Of a stretch of DNA of 64,000 bases, positions 46,343 through 56,376 are shown piece by piece (position 1 is the first letter of the stretch; each line of letters begins with the position of its first letter). Source of the stretch: a virus (lineage: Duplodnaviria > Caudoviricetes). Made by a program: the position numbers and the translations under genes. The stretch is taken from IMG/VR virus record IMGVR_UViG_3300024252_000005; one strand, 5' to 3'. The notes under the pieces were generated by a model. It saw only the letters and a program-made list of their open reading frames with translations, had not been told where the DNA came from and did not search any database.

Positions 46343-46843
46343 TTAAAGTCTCCATATACAACATCTTGCTCTTCCTGCGTAGATTTGACTCGAGTCATCA
46401 TCGTCAATATCATCTATACCAACTGCGTTTAGTATTCTTAGCTCATATGCGTTGTTTTGATTTGTTATAAATATTGCTTTTTCATCAGCTACAGTACCGA
46501 ACGTTCTGCCTTCATTATAATTATAAGATCCAGCGATAAAAGCTTTTATTCCTACATAAGCAGCATTTGTTACGTCATACCACTGGTATGTTACATATGA
46601 ATCAAGTCCTCCACTAGCTAGATGTGTATTAGAAGTCAAATTAGCTTCTAAAATATATGTTTTGCTGTCATTTGGCAATGTAAATTGTGCTCCGTTTTTT
46701 GTTAAAGAAAAATTATTGCTAAAACTAGAGTCTAAACTAGACCATGTAACAGGTTCATCTTGCCCTATTGTCGCTGAACCGCTGTGATAAATATTTAGAT
46801 TTCCATTTATTTTTTTGTTAATAATGTCTTTAATATAAGTCAT
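46343..46843 (-). CDS. C1q-like small structural protein, triplet member
   Basis: MTYIK start; FTLP..TYILEANL. Confidence 0.6.
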   Translation of the reverse strand: MTYIKDIINKKINGNLNIYHSGSATIGQDEPVTWSSLDSSFSNNFSLTKNGAQFTLPNDSKTYILEANLTSNTHLASGGLDSYVTYQWYDVTNAAYVGIKAFIAGSYNYNEGRTFGTVADEKAIFITNQNNAYELRILNAVGIDDIDDDDSSQIYAGRARCCIWRL

Positions 46844-47256
46844 GACAGATCTATTCTTATTATTTTCATATTTGCTCTTTCAACATCTTGTGCTAGTGTT
46901 ATTGAAAGAGAGTTTTGATATTTTGGATAGTGTGAATTACCGTTATAAATAGCAATGTCATCGCTTCTTACAGATGCGCCAGCACCAGTAATAGAACTTT
47001 CAGGCATATTTGATCCCATTAGATGTAAATTACTAGTATTGCCGCTGTAATGAATTCTAGCTAGTCCGTAAGCATTTGAGTTTGGAGAAAAACAAGCCTC
47101 ACTATAATAGCTGCTATTATCAGAGGATAGTATATTGTCTCCACTCAAGCTTAACCAGTTAACATTAAAAGTATTAAACGTGGCGTCTGTAGTTCCTGAT
47201 ATTTTTCCTATATCGAAAGGTGAAACTTCTCTAGCAGTATTTTTTATATAAGTCAT
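46840..47256 (-). CDS. small structural protein, triplet member
   Basis: MTYIK start, S/N-rich. Confidence 0.6.
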   Translation of the reverse strand: MTYIKNTAREVSPFDIGKISGTTDATFNTFNVNWLSLSGDNILSSDNSSYYSEACFSPNSNAYGLARIHYSGNTSNLHLMGSNMPESSITGAGASVRSDDIAIYNGNSHYPKYQNSLSITLAQDVERANMKIIRIDLS

Positions 47257-47333
47257 TTTTCACCTACAGCCGTAGCATATCCATCTATTCCTGTTTTATT
47301 TTTTTGCTTCTTTATAGAAATCATTTTTTTTCT

Positions 47334-48200
47334 TTATATTATGTCTTTTATTTTTCTTATTAGAGGTTTTAAATTTTCAACAATGAAATCCCTTACTACA
47401 TCTAAGTATTCGAAAGGTTTTAATATTAAATAGTCGACACCCCAGAGATTTTTCGATTCGCTGTTAGAGATAAAAGGCCAAGTTATGCATATAATATAAA
47501 ATATTGATATAACAGCAAGTTTTGGTAGCAACCATAGTGTCAATTCTTTTATTTTTTTATCTCGCAGCTTACTTTTTACTTTTTTTGGTCCACCAAGTCT
47601 TTTAGCTTTTTCGTTGCCCTCTGGAGGTTGTAGTGATTCGATTAATTCTCCTACAGCGTATATAACTTGAGTCTCTGCTACACCTTTAAACTTATATAGA
47701 CCCACCATTACATATCTAGTGCCTTTTGGTGTCCAATGATTAGTTCTATTCTTAATTGCTGAAAATGCTTCTTTAGTCAAAAGAACTTGCTTTGGACCAC
47801 AAATGCTCATAGTTCGAGCAGCGATATTTTTGCCAATTCCTTCGAGTTCAACGCCCTTAGCACCCATAAGTGCATATAGTTCATCTTGTTGAACTTCTAT
47901 TACTTTACCCCAGTGAATACCTATTCTTGTATCTAATTTTGTTTTTTGTGGTATAGTTTTTTGGTAGTGCAAGGCAAAATTAACAGCGTCTATTGTAGTG
48001 TCAAAAGACATTAAGAAGCCGTCACTTCTATCTATTTCTCTTCCTTGAAATTTATAGCATAGATTTCTTGCCATTCTGTCGTGATATTGAAACCACTCAG
48101 CAGCTTTTACAGCGCCATACTTTTGAACAAAAGCAGTTGAGTCTATTATATCTAATAGAACTATAGCAAGATTTTTTTCTTTTAAAGTTATAGGTGACAT
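47334..48200 (-). CDS. class III nucleotide (adenylate/guanylate) cyclase with C-terminal TM
   Basis: LLDIIDST, SDGF, RIGIHWG, GKNIAAR, QVLLTKEA; hydrophobic segment near the C-terminus. Confidence 0.88.
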   Translation of the reverse strand: MSPITLKEKNLAIVLLDIIDSTAFVQKYGAVKAAEWFQYHDRMARNLCYKFQGREIDRSDGFLMSFDTTIDAVNFALHYQKTIPQKTKLDTRIGIHWGKVIEVQQDELYALMGAKGVELEGIGKNIAARTMSICGPKQVLLTKEAFSAIKNRTNHWTPKGTRYVMVGLYKFKGVAETQVIYAVGELIESLQPPEGNEKAKRLGGPKKVKSKLRDKKIKELTLWLLPKLAVISIFYIICITWPFISNSESKNLWGVDYLILKPFEYLDVVRDFIVENLKPLIRKIKDII

Positions 48201-48250
48201 ACTTATTACTTCTTAAATGTATAGTTATAATTATAATGTAGGAGTCTTAC

Positions 48251-48532
48251 ATGCAAGACAAAATGCCCTTGAAATCAAAAAAGTTCATTGCTTATCTATT
48301 AGCAGAGTTTGGATGGAAGTTAATAATTTTATTCCTGTTGTATCAAATACAAGGAAAGATTGATCATTATTCACTTGCGCTTTTAGTTACAACTGTCATA
48401 GTATCTGGATTCATTCAGATAGGTTATATACTAGGACAGGCAGCGCTGGACAAATATGTTAATGCTGCAGTAGAAATATTTGATAAAGACGAAGAAAAGC
48501 CAATAGAGCAACAAAAAAATGAAAAAAAATAA
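48251..48532 (+). CDS. small two-TM membrane protein
   Basis: Two hydrophobic helices, charged tail. Confidence 0.6.
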   Translation: MQDKMPLKSKKFIAYLLAEFGWKLIILFLLYQIQGKIDHYSLALLVTTVIVSGFIQIGYILGQAALDKYVNAAVEIFDKDEEKPIEQQKNEKK

Positions 48533-49016
48533 TAAAATTATCTTAAATGAGTTAAGATATAATAGGTGTTCTATTCTATTGGATGAAGTTAGCAATAAAT
48601 ATTTAAATGAAGAAATCAATAGACTAGCAAAAGAAAAGAATCTAAACCTAACTAGAATTGAACAATTAATAGAAAACATCTATATTAATAACGATATAAG
48701 ATATTTTAATAGTAGTCATATTACTGCTATATCTAAAGACATATTGGATAGAGTTAAAAAAAAACTAAGTGAAGCAGTTGGAAGAAATTTGCATACTGTA
48801 AATACAGATCCTATAGGCAATGAAGCAATTCTTACTTTAAATACTTTAAAGTCAGCTGATGACGCTGTTCCTGTATTTAAAAGCATAGAAGCCACAATAT
48901 GTCCTAATACGGGAAAGTGGACTGTAACATATATAATTGACACATCAAGAGAAGTAAAATACTTCAATACAGAAGCAGAATCAAATTTATTCATTCAGAA
49001 TTTAAGGAAATTTTAA
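48519..49016 (+). CDS. hypothetical protein with multiple (I/L)xE motifs
   Basis: ILNE, LLDE, YLNEE, LIE, LSE. Confidence 0.55.
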   Translation: MKKNNKIILNELRYNRCSILLDEVSNKYLNEEINRLAKEKNLNLTRIEQLIENIYINNDIRYFNSSHITAISKDILDRVKKKLSEAVGRNLHTVNTDPIGNEAILTLNTLKSADDAVPVFKSIEATICPNTGKWTVTYIIDTSREVKYFNTEAESNLFIQNLRKF

Positions 49017-49261
49017 ATCTTAGATTTCCAAATATTTCTTTCTTTATACATTAAATCAAAAAATGCTTGCATTACTTCTTTAGATACTTCTTCAATTTTT
49101 TTTTCATAGTTTTTGTCTATATCTTTTAAATCTTTAAATTCTTTTTTAACAATTGATTTTATTTTTTTCTCCAACTCTTTTTTCTTGAAATCTTTTATTT
49201 CTTTTTTAATCATTTTTTTTATTTTTGATATATCTTTTCTTGTCAAATCTTCATTAATCAT
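49013..49261 (-). CDS. highly charged coiled-coil protein
   Basis: K/E-rich, IKKMIKKE. Confidence 0.6.
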   Translation of the reverse strand: MINEDLTRKDISKIKKMIKKEIKDFKKKELEKKIKSIVKKEFKDLKDIDKNYEKKIEEVSKEVMQAFFDLMYKERNIWKSKI

Positions 49262-49299
49262 TTATTATAAACCTTTAAAGTTGAAAGCAAATTTATTAT

Positions 49300-50925
49300 A
49301 TGAGCAATACATGGATTAAATATTTTCCTTATGAGAAACCTAGAGAGCAACAAACTAATGTTATTGATAAAGTGCTTAAAGAATTTGAGAGTGGCAAAAA
49401 ATATGCTGTTATAGATTGCGGAACAGGAGTTGGTAAGTCTGCAATTGGTTTAACTATTGCAAGCAAAATAAACAATTCTTCTAATTTTGAAGGAAATTAT
49501 GAAAATGGTGCATATTTTTTAACGACACAAAAGATACTACAAAATCAGTATGAAAAAGATTTTTCAAAAAACGGATTAATTTCTCTTTATTCTTCTTCTA
49601 ATTATACTTGTACTACAGATAAAAAAGCTTCTTGCAAAGAAATACAGACTGGAATTAGATCTAACAGTCTTCCTGAAAAGTATAAGTCTTGTAGTTATAA
49701 TTGTGTTTATAAACAAAAAAAGAAAAGTTTTATAGAGAAAGATTTAGGAATAACAAACTTCAGTTACTTTCTTACAGAGAAGAATTATAGTAAAAAATTA
49801 CCGCATAAGAAAGTTTTAATAGTTGATGAAGCGCATAATTTAGAGAACGAACTTTCTAGATTTATAGAGATTAGTGTATCTTCCCACTTTTCAGACAAAA
49901 TATTAAAAACAAAAATACCTAGTGAGATTAACACTCAGTTTAAAGCATTTAAGTGGATTAAAGATGTTTATTTAGATAAAGTTACTTCAAAAGTTAATTT
50001 TATTAATGCACAAATAGAAAAATTTGGAATTACCTCTTCTAAGCTAGACGACTTTAAAAAGATAACAGCTAGGCTTGATATGTTATCTTCACATCAAAAG
50101 AAAATAAGTCAATTTATAGAGATATATGACAAAGACAACTGGGTTTTTGATTTTGAAAAATCATCAAAAGACAATTTCAAGTTTATTTTTAAGCCTATAG
50201 ATATATCTTCTTATGCAAAACAATATTTGCTTGATTTTGCAGACTATGTAATCTTTATGTCTGCTACAATTATATCACACGAAGGATTTAGTATATCTTT
50301 AGGTTTGTCTTATGAAAAAACTGTATTTATCAAAGAAGAATCACCTTTTCCAGTAGAAAATAGACCTGTTTTGTTTTGTCCTGCAGGCAGCATGTCATAT
50401 AGAGCTATAGATAAGACTTTGCCTAATTTAGTAAAAATGTTAGAAGCAATATTTGATAATCACAAAGAAGAAAAAGGTATTGTTCATACACATAGCAATA
50501 AAATTGCTTATTACATTAAGAATAATATAAACAAAAAGTATAAGAGAAGAATACTGCTTGCATTTGGTGAAGATCGAGAAAAAATGTTATTAAAACATAA
50601 GAACTCTAATCAGAAAACTGTTTTGATTTCTTCTTCTATGTCTGAAGGTGTCGATTTAAAAGGTGAGCTTTCAGAGTTTCAAGTATTATGTAAAATACCT
50701 TTTCCGTTTCTTGGCGACAAAGTCGTAAAAAAGAAGATGAACAAGTGGAGTTGGTGGTATAACACGGAAACTGTTAGAACTATTATACAAAGTATTGGAA
50801 GAAGCATAAGATCTGAAGATGACAAAGCAGTCACATATATACTTGATGGTGACTGGAAAAGAATCAAATCAAAATCATCAGGTATGCTTCCAAGCAACTT
50901 TTATAAAAACTATCACGAGTATTAA
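49300..50925 (+). CDS. dinG: DinG/XPD-family SF2 helicase
   Basis: GTGVGKS, DEAH, MSAT, SEGVDL, KIPFP, QSIGRSIR; Cys cluster. Confidence 0.88.
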   Translation: MSNTWIKYFPYEKPREQQTNVIDKVLKEFESGKKYAVIDCGTGVGKSAIGLTIASKINNSSNFEGNYENGAYFLTTQKILQNQYEKDFSKNGLISLYSSSNYTCTTDKKASCKEIQTGIRSNSLPEKYKSCSYNCVYKQKKKSFIEKDLGITNFSYFLTEKNYSKKLPHKKVLIVDEAHNLENELSRFIEISVSSHFSDKILKTKIPSEINTQFKAFKWIKDVYLDKVTSKVNFINAQIEKFGITSSKLDDFKKITARLDMLSSHQKKISQFIEIYDKDNWVFDFEKSSKDNFKFIFKPIDISSYAKQYLLDFADYVIFMSATIISHEGFSISLGLSYEKTVFIKEESPFPVENRPVLFCPAGSMSYRAIDKTLPNLVKMLEAIFDNHKEEKGIVHTHSNKIAYYIKNNINKKYKRRILLAFGEDREKMLLKHKNSNQKTVLISSSMSEGVDLKGELSEFQVLCKIPFPFLGDKVVKKKMNKWSWWYNTETVRTIIQSIGRSIRSEDDKAVTYILDGDWKRIKSKSSGMLPSNFYKNYHEY

Positions 50926-50926
50926 T

Positions 50927-51406
50927 ATGGAAAAAAAACAAAAGCCTTCAGGTGCAGGAATAGTATGTTACTTTGATAATAGGTCTGGTGATATAAAAAA
51001 ACATGAAAAAGATATTCTATATCTATGTTTAACAACTCATAAAGGAAGATACGACTTCCCTAAAGGAGCGATTGACTATAAAGAAGAAATTGAAGCATGC
51101 GCGCTTAGAGAAACATATGAAGAGTGTAATTTAGATCTTTTTGACTTTGCAAGTTTATCTGACTACAGCTTTCAGTGTGGAAGAGGATTGTTCATGTTTC
51201 TAGGAGAGATAAAGTCAAGTTCTATAAAGAGCATAAAGATAAAAATGAATCCTAAAATTAAAATATACGAACATACGGGATTTAAGTTTCTTACTATTGA
51301 AAGTATATTAAAAAAAGATGAAATTCTAGGCAAACAAAGACTTTACAGTTATCTAATAGATTCTCTAAAATGGGCAGATTATATTATACGTGATGCTCTA
51401 GAATAA
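50927..51406 (+). CDS. NUDIX hydrolase
   Basis: FPKGAIDYKEEIEACALRETYEECNL Nudix box; start MEKKQK at 50927. Confidence 0.88.
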   Translation: MEKKQKPSGAGIVCYFDNRSGDIKKHEKDILYLCLTTHKGRYDFPKGAIDYKEEIEACALRETYEECNLDLFDFASLSDYSFQCGRGLFMFLGEIKSSSIKSIKIKMNPKIKIYEHTGFKFLTIESILKKDEILGKQRLYSYLIDSLKWADYIIRDALE

Positions 51407-51432
51407 TATAATAAAATAAAAAAAGAGTAAAA

Positions 51433-52626
51433 ATGAATAGCAACTTATTATCATTACATAGTGCATTAAAAGTTTTATGCAAAAAAAACAAAGAAAATAA
51501 GTTTAGGTATTATACAAACAAAAATGTATATAACAGCAAGTTTTTGTTTTTTAACAATATTTTGTTAGACGAAAGAATAAAAGATAATCCGTATAGAAAT
51601 TTATTATTTAATTATCTTTTAAAGGCTGAGAATTATGTTCCAGGAGGATCTTATATACTGTCAGAAATGTTTTTAGAAATTTTTAATAGTAACAATAACA
51701 TTGAAGAAAAAAGATTAACTGGTAAAAAAATAGAAACATTTAAAAAGTTGCTCGATCAATTCGTAATGGAAGAAAAAAATAGAAGGCTAATTTTCAATAT
51801 ACTGAATTTCTCTGGTCCCGATGCTTCTATTGTTTGTATTCCTAGTAAGAACAATGAAATAGAAATTAAAAAGAGCAATCAGCCTAAGATAAGCATTAAC
51901 ATACACGAAGATTTTAGAGGAATATACTTTTCTAATCAAAAAACTACAACCAAAGATTTTATAACTGTAGCAATGGATTCTTACATAGAGCGAGAATCAG
52001 AAATAAATGAAATATTTGAACATGCAAAATTAAACAATCTTCCTATAGTTTTGTTCTGCAGAGGAATATCAGATAGTGCGATTAGAAATATAAAAAGTAT
52101 ATTATTAAAAAATAACATAAAGCTATATCCTTATTTGATAAAGTTTGATAATAATGATCCTTTTTTATTAAGCGACATATCTAAAGCCTTGGGCTCAAAG
52201 CTATTGTCTGTAGAGTCTGGCGGGTCTTTTAATAAAGATTTAGTCGGAAACTCTTCTATTAAAAAATTAAGATTAAGCACAGCTTTCATTGAAATATTCG
52301 AGCCAGAAGATGATTTGTCAAAAGAAATAAATGAAAAGCTAGCTGTAGTTAGTGATAAAGACTTATTAAAGTATTTACATAAAAGAAAGAAAAGGATATC
52401 ACCTAATATTGTTGAAGTAAAGATTCCTGAAAGTGATATTAGACTTATAAATGAAATAAAATCAATTATAAGGTATTATAATAATGCAGCAATTTCAGGC
52501 TTTACAGTATATAATGGTTTTTTATACCCAAAAAACGTAATAAACGCAATGAAAAACTTATCAATTAGCATGAAGAAAAATTTCAATAATATTGGATATG
52601 TCTTAAAGATTAAAGAAGATGAATAA
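51433..52626 (+). CDS. divergent GroEL/chaperonin-like protein
   Basis: Apical-domain-like DSYIE..EINEIFE..PIVLFCRGIS..LSDISKALG; no GDGTT. Confidence 0.5.
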   Translation: MNSNLLSLHSALKVLCKKNKENKFRYYTNKNVYNSKFLFFNNILLDERIKDNPYRNLLFNYLLKAENYVPGGSYILSEMFLEIFNSNNNIEEKRLTGKKIETFKKLLDQFVMEEKNRRLIFNILNFSGPDASIVCIPSKNNEIEIKKSNQPKISINIHEDFRGIYFSNQKTTTKDFITVAMDSYIERESEINEIFEHAKLNNLPIVLFCRGISDSAIRNIKSILLKNNIKLYPYLIKFDNNDPFLLSDISKALGSKLLSVESGGSFNKDLVGNSSIKKLRLSTAFIEIFEPEDDLSKEINEKLAVVSDKDLLKYLHKRKKRISPNIVEVKIPESDIRLINEIKSIIRYYNNAAISGFTVYNGFLYPKNVINAMKNLSISMKKNFNNIGYVLKIKEDE

Positions 52627-53101
52627 TAATCAATACGTTAAACATTTAGTAGAATGTCAATGCACATTACCTATTTTTAAAAACAAAACAGCTCCTGTAT
52701 ACCACAAGATCCCTGTTTTTTCTAAAGTTTTAGATGAAAACGATGAAATAGAAGAAAAGTATATTATCTGTGAAAATTGTGATATTGTTCATAAAGTACA
52801 CGAGGTTTTTAAAAGTGATCTTAAGTGGGGAATAGAAGGATTAAACAGCTTAGTATTGACAAAAGAAGACGTAAAGTTTAATTTAGTATCACAAGGTTAT
52901 GAAAGACTTGTCGATGTTTTAGAAAAAAATCAACTCCACGTTTCAGACTGGGAATTGACAGAATTCTTGATTGAAAACGAACAATCAGGAAACATTGTCC
53001 TAGAAAAAAACGAAACAGATAATAATATAATAATTAACATGTTGTCAATAGACAAAGGAAAATTTAAAATAAAAAAAGAGATTGTACAAAGGTATTTGTA
53101 A
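52619..53101 (+). CDS. hypothetical Zn-binding protein
   Basis: HLVECQC, ICENC. Confidence 0.65.
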   Translation: MNNNQYVKHLVECQCTLPIFKNKTAPVYHKIPVFSKVLDENDEIEEKYIICENCDIVHKVHEVFKSDLKWGIEGLNSLVLTKEDVKFNLVSQGYERLVDVLEKNQLHVSDWELTEFLIENEQSGNIVLEKNETDNNIIINMLSIDKGKFKIKKEIVQRYL

Positions 53102-53337
53102 TGAATTTAGATCCAAATAATCCAGACGACTTTGCTTCCTTTGAAAAATGTAGAAGCATACACAAAGAAATAATTGACTTTGGCATCAACCAAAAAGAAA
53201 TTATAAAAATAATAGAACTTTTATCTTTAGAGCTAGAAGATGTATCTACGATGAAAGATATTATTTCTATTATTAAAAAAGAAGAGGATAAAGAAAACAA
53301 AAAAGATTTACAGAAAGCTGAACAGCTGATATTATAA
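53101..53337 (+). CDS. hypothetical protein
   Basis: Stop/start overlap. Confidence 0.65.
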   Translation: MNLDPNNPDDFASFEKCRSIHKEIIDFGINQKEIIKIIELLSLELEDVSTMKDIISIIKKEEDKENKKDLQKAEQLIL

Positions 53338-53365
53338 TGCAATATTATATGAAAGGAATACTTAC

Positions 53366-53587
53366 ATGAGTATTGAAGAAACACTAATCGAAGAAGATAC
53401 TACTCTACCCACTCCTGATTCTGTAGAGGCTTATTATGGTAGGCTAAGACTGTTAGTTGAGTCAATGGAATCTGACGCTTTGAAGTCAAACAAAGGTAAC
53501 AAAGCTGCTGGAATTAGATTGAGAAAAGGTCTTCGTCACCTAAAAGGTTTTTCAGGGGACTTTGTTAAGTTTACATTGCAAAAGTAG
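53366..53587 (+). CDS. Hc1 (histone H1-like) family N-terminal-domain protein
   Basis: LVESMESDALKSNKGNKAAGIRLRKGLRHLK. Confidence 0.75.
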   Translation: MSIEETLIEEDTTLPTPDSVEAYYGRLRLLVESMESDALKSNKGNKAAGIRLRKGLRHLKGFSGDFVKFTLQK

Positions 53588-53819
53588 CTTTTTTTCTTAT
53601 CTTAGCTATTGATTGTTTTTCTATTTGACACACTCTCATTCTAGTAATACCAAATAGATTACCAACTTCCTGTAGTGTAAAATCTTCTTGCTTTTTGACT
53701 TTGTTTAGAATGCAATTAGATGAATCATTTAAATCGTGCCAAAATCTGCACGATTTATTTTGGCACGATTTGTTATTCTCTTCGTGAGCAGCAAAGCATG
53801 CTAATTTATTTGTTGACAT
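53571..53819 (-). CDS. stand-alone sigma70 region-4 HTH protein with Cys-rich N-terminus
   Basis: FTLQEVGNLFGITRMRVCQIEKQSIAKIR; C..C..C..C. Confidence 0.8.
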   Translation of the reverse strand: MSTNKLACFAAHEENNKSCQNKSCRFWHDLNDSSNCILNKVKKQEDFTLQEVGNLFGITRMRVCQIEKQSIAKIRKKATFAM

Positions 53820-53886
53820 ATTTTTAACCTTTCTAAATTGAAAAATATTTATATATTATCTTAGAATCATTTGAAAGGTTTTATAA

Positions 53887-55218
53887 ATGATACCAAATAA
53901 AAGCAAAAAACTTTTTATTGTCGATACGAGCGTTTTATTGTATGATAAAAATTGTATCAATAATTTAAAAAACAATGATATAGTAATCCCTATGATTGTT
54001 TTAGAAGAGCTTGATAAGTTTAAGTCAAGAGAAGGAATATTGGGCGAGAACTCTAGATATTTCAATAGATTTCTAGATGAAGCAAGGGCACATGGAAACT
54101 TACAGAAAGGTATTTACATAAAAGAGACAAATGCTTCAATAAAAGTTGAGGCAAATCAGAGCTGGGATAAAATAGAAGTTCTAGATAGAAGCCTTAATGA
54201 TAATATTATTATGTCTAATGTAAATTATTTGCAAAACAATTTTTCAGAACAATATTCAGATATTATTCTTATAACAAAAGATATCAATCTTAGAGTTAAA
54301 TGTGATGCAGCAAATATTGCAGCCAATGATTATTACGCTGATTATGAATTTATTGAAGAAGATAATTTATTCAAAGGCATGGCTAGCGTAGACTCTTCTC
54401 TTGATGTTATAAACGGTCTATACTCTAATAAAGTAATTAGAATAGAAAAACTAGAAATGCAGTCTTCTGATCTTTGTGAAAACGAGTGTCTTGTAGTAAA
54501 GTCAAATGAAAGCATTTCGTCTTCAGCGCTATGCATAAAGAAAAGAGATCATTTAAAGCTAGTACTTAGCAAAAGTGAAATACAGAAAAAGACTGGGATT
54601 GAGCCAAAAAACAAAGAGCAGATATTTGCTTTGAATTTATTACTAGACAAAGATATATCACTTGTTACTCTTACAGGTGTTCCTGGCAGTGGTAAAACTT
54701 ATTTGACTTTGATGACAGCTTTGAAAGAAATTGAAAAAGAAACTAAAAAAAGAATAATATTTACAAGGCCTATACAGACTGTGGGCAAAGATATTGGTTT
54801 TCTTCCAGGAACACTTAATGAAAAAATGGCACCATGGTTAGCACCTATTGTTGACAACTTCAGAAATCAGTTTGGTGATCTGTCTTATTTTGACATAATG
54901 ATAGAAAAAGGATTGATAGATGTAGCACCTTTATCTTACATAAGAGGAAGAAGCTTTAATGATGCTATAATTATAGTTGATGAAGCGCAGAATGCTACTG
55001 TCCATGAGTTAAAGACTGTTATTACAAGAACAGGAAGAAATTCAAAAATAATACTATTAGGCGATATTGAACAAGTAGATCTGCCATATGTAAATAAGTA
55101 TTCAAATGGTTTGACTATTGTTGCTGAAAAATTAAAAAACGAGACTTTAACTGGTCATGTTAACTTTGAAAAAGGTTACAGATCAGATCTTGCAAATATT
55201 GCAGCATTAAAGCTGTAG
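53887..55218 (+). CDS. phoH: PIN-PhoH protein (PhoH2/YlaK-like)
   Basis: VDTSVLL PIN, LITKDINLR, GVPGSGKT, YIRGRS, DEAQN, LLGDIEQVD. Confidence 0.92.
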   Translation: MIPNKSKKLFIVDTSVLLYDKNCINNLKNNDIVIPMIVLEELDKFKSREGILGENSRYFNRFLDEARAHGNLQKGIYIKETNASIKVEANQSWDKIEVLDRSLNDNIIMSNVNYLQNNFSEQYSDIILITKDINLRVKCDAANIAANDYYADYEFIEEDNLFKGMASVDSSLDVINGLYSNKVIRIEKLEMQSSDLCENECLVVKSNESISSSALCIKKRDHLKLVLSKSEIQKKTGIEPKNKEQIFALNLLLDKDISLVTLTGVPGSGKTYLTLMTALKEIEKETKKRIIFTRPIQTVGKDIGFLPGTLNEKMAPWLAPIVDNFRNQFGDLSYFDIMIEKGLIDVAPLSYIRGRSFNDAIIIVDEAQNATVHELKTVITRTGRNSKIILLGDIEQVDLPYVNKYSNGLTIVAEKLKNETLTGHVNFEKGYRSDLANIAALKL

Positions 55219-55226
55219 GAGTTATT

Positions 55227-55553
55227 ATGACAAAAATATATGATTTAAGTAGAATTAAAAAGACTTATCCTCTGTTGAGAGAAAAGCCTATTTATAAGCA
55301 ATTGTGTGATAGTGATGGTACTGTTTCATCAGGAATTGACGCTGAAGTAGAAATTTTAAACTTTGACAATACACATACTGGATCATATACTTTTAAAAAG
55401 ACTTATACGTCTATACCAATAATTGCTGCTACAGCTGCTGATGAAAATGTCAATGTTTTTGTGACATCATTAAATCTAACTTCAGTAACAATAGAATCTT
55501 CGGCAGAATTTACTGGTAAAGTACATCTACAAGTATTTAAGGATGACGAGTAA
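55227..55553 (+). CDS. small structural protein (H-type lectin-like tail accessory)
   Basis: YTFKKTYTSIP.I.AT, NVFVTSL. Confidence 0.55.
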   Translation: MTKIYDLSRIKKTYPLLREKPIYKQLCDSDGTVSSGIDAEVEILNFDNTHTGSYTFKKTYTSIPIIAATAADENVNVFVTSLNLTSVTIESSAEFTGKVHLQVFKDDE

Positions 55554-55762
55554 TGAAATCTGAAAAAGGTAAAGTTACCTTAAATAATGTGTCTGAGATA
55601 ACTGTAAATCTCAATAAGACGTACATTAAACCCGTTATAAAAATAACACCGAGTGAAGATATTAATGTTTACTTGTCTGAAGTGACTAATAGTTATTTTA
55701 AAATTAGTTCTAGTTCTGAAGTTAGTTCAGATATTTATTATGTAGTAATAGAAGGAAACTAA
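55553..55762 (+). CDS. small structural protein similar to the preceding ORF
   Basis: NKTYIKP.IKITP..NVYLS. Confidence 0.55.
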   Translation: MKSEKGKVTLNNVSEITVNLNKTYIKPVIKITPSEDINVYLSEVTNSYFKISSSSEVSSDIYYVVIEGN

Positions 55763-55764
55763 AA

Positions 55765-56292
55765 ATGGCAAAAGACTTTAAGAGTAATCAAGTTAAAGTA
55801 AAAAAAATAATAGCTTCAGGTTTAAACTCTAGCGATGAGCCTAAGCTGATTGTTTATGGAGACTCTAGTTCAACTGACAGTGTTGGTGGCATTAACACTG
55901 ACATGCTAAACAATGTTGGCAACGACGTATTTTTATTTGTTAGTGGATCAATTTGTGGCAAACAAAACAATATACCAAAGTCAGTAACGGTATTTGGTGG
56001 TGACGTTGTAGTAAGTGGATCACTTTATGGTTTGAAGTCTGATGCTACTTTATGGGAAATAGATTCTGTGTTTGATGACAGTTTAACACCTACAAATATA
56101 CTTGATGGTGATACAGGATTGTTTGCTATTGATTTTAATGAGTTTACTGATATTGACAGTACATTTATATATTCTCAGTATACAATGACGAATAGAAGAG
56201 AAGCAGCTGATAAGTATTTTGAATTTGATAGTGATGGTAATGTAATGCCTAGAGACTTAGTTGCAGATGCAGCTTTATGTCAAACTTCATAG
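55765..56292 (+). CDS. putative tail structural protein
   Basis: VFGGDVVVSGSL; FEFDSDGNVMPR. Confidence 0.6.
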   Translation: MAKDFKSNQVKVKKIIASGLNSSDEPKLIVYGDSSSTDSVGGINTDMLNNVGNDVFLFVSGSICGKQNNIPKSVTVFGGDVVVSGSLYGLKSDATLWEIDSVFDDSLTPTNILDGDTGLFAIDFNEFTDIDSTFIYSQYTMTNRREAADKYFEFDSDGNVMPRDLVADAALCQTS

Positions 56293-56376
56293 GTCAATAT
56301 TTTTAATTCTTTTTAAATAATACAATTGGCTAGAATAATTAAAATAAAACAATAATATATTAGGAGTCTTCATAAG

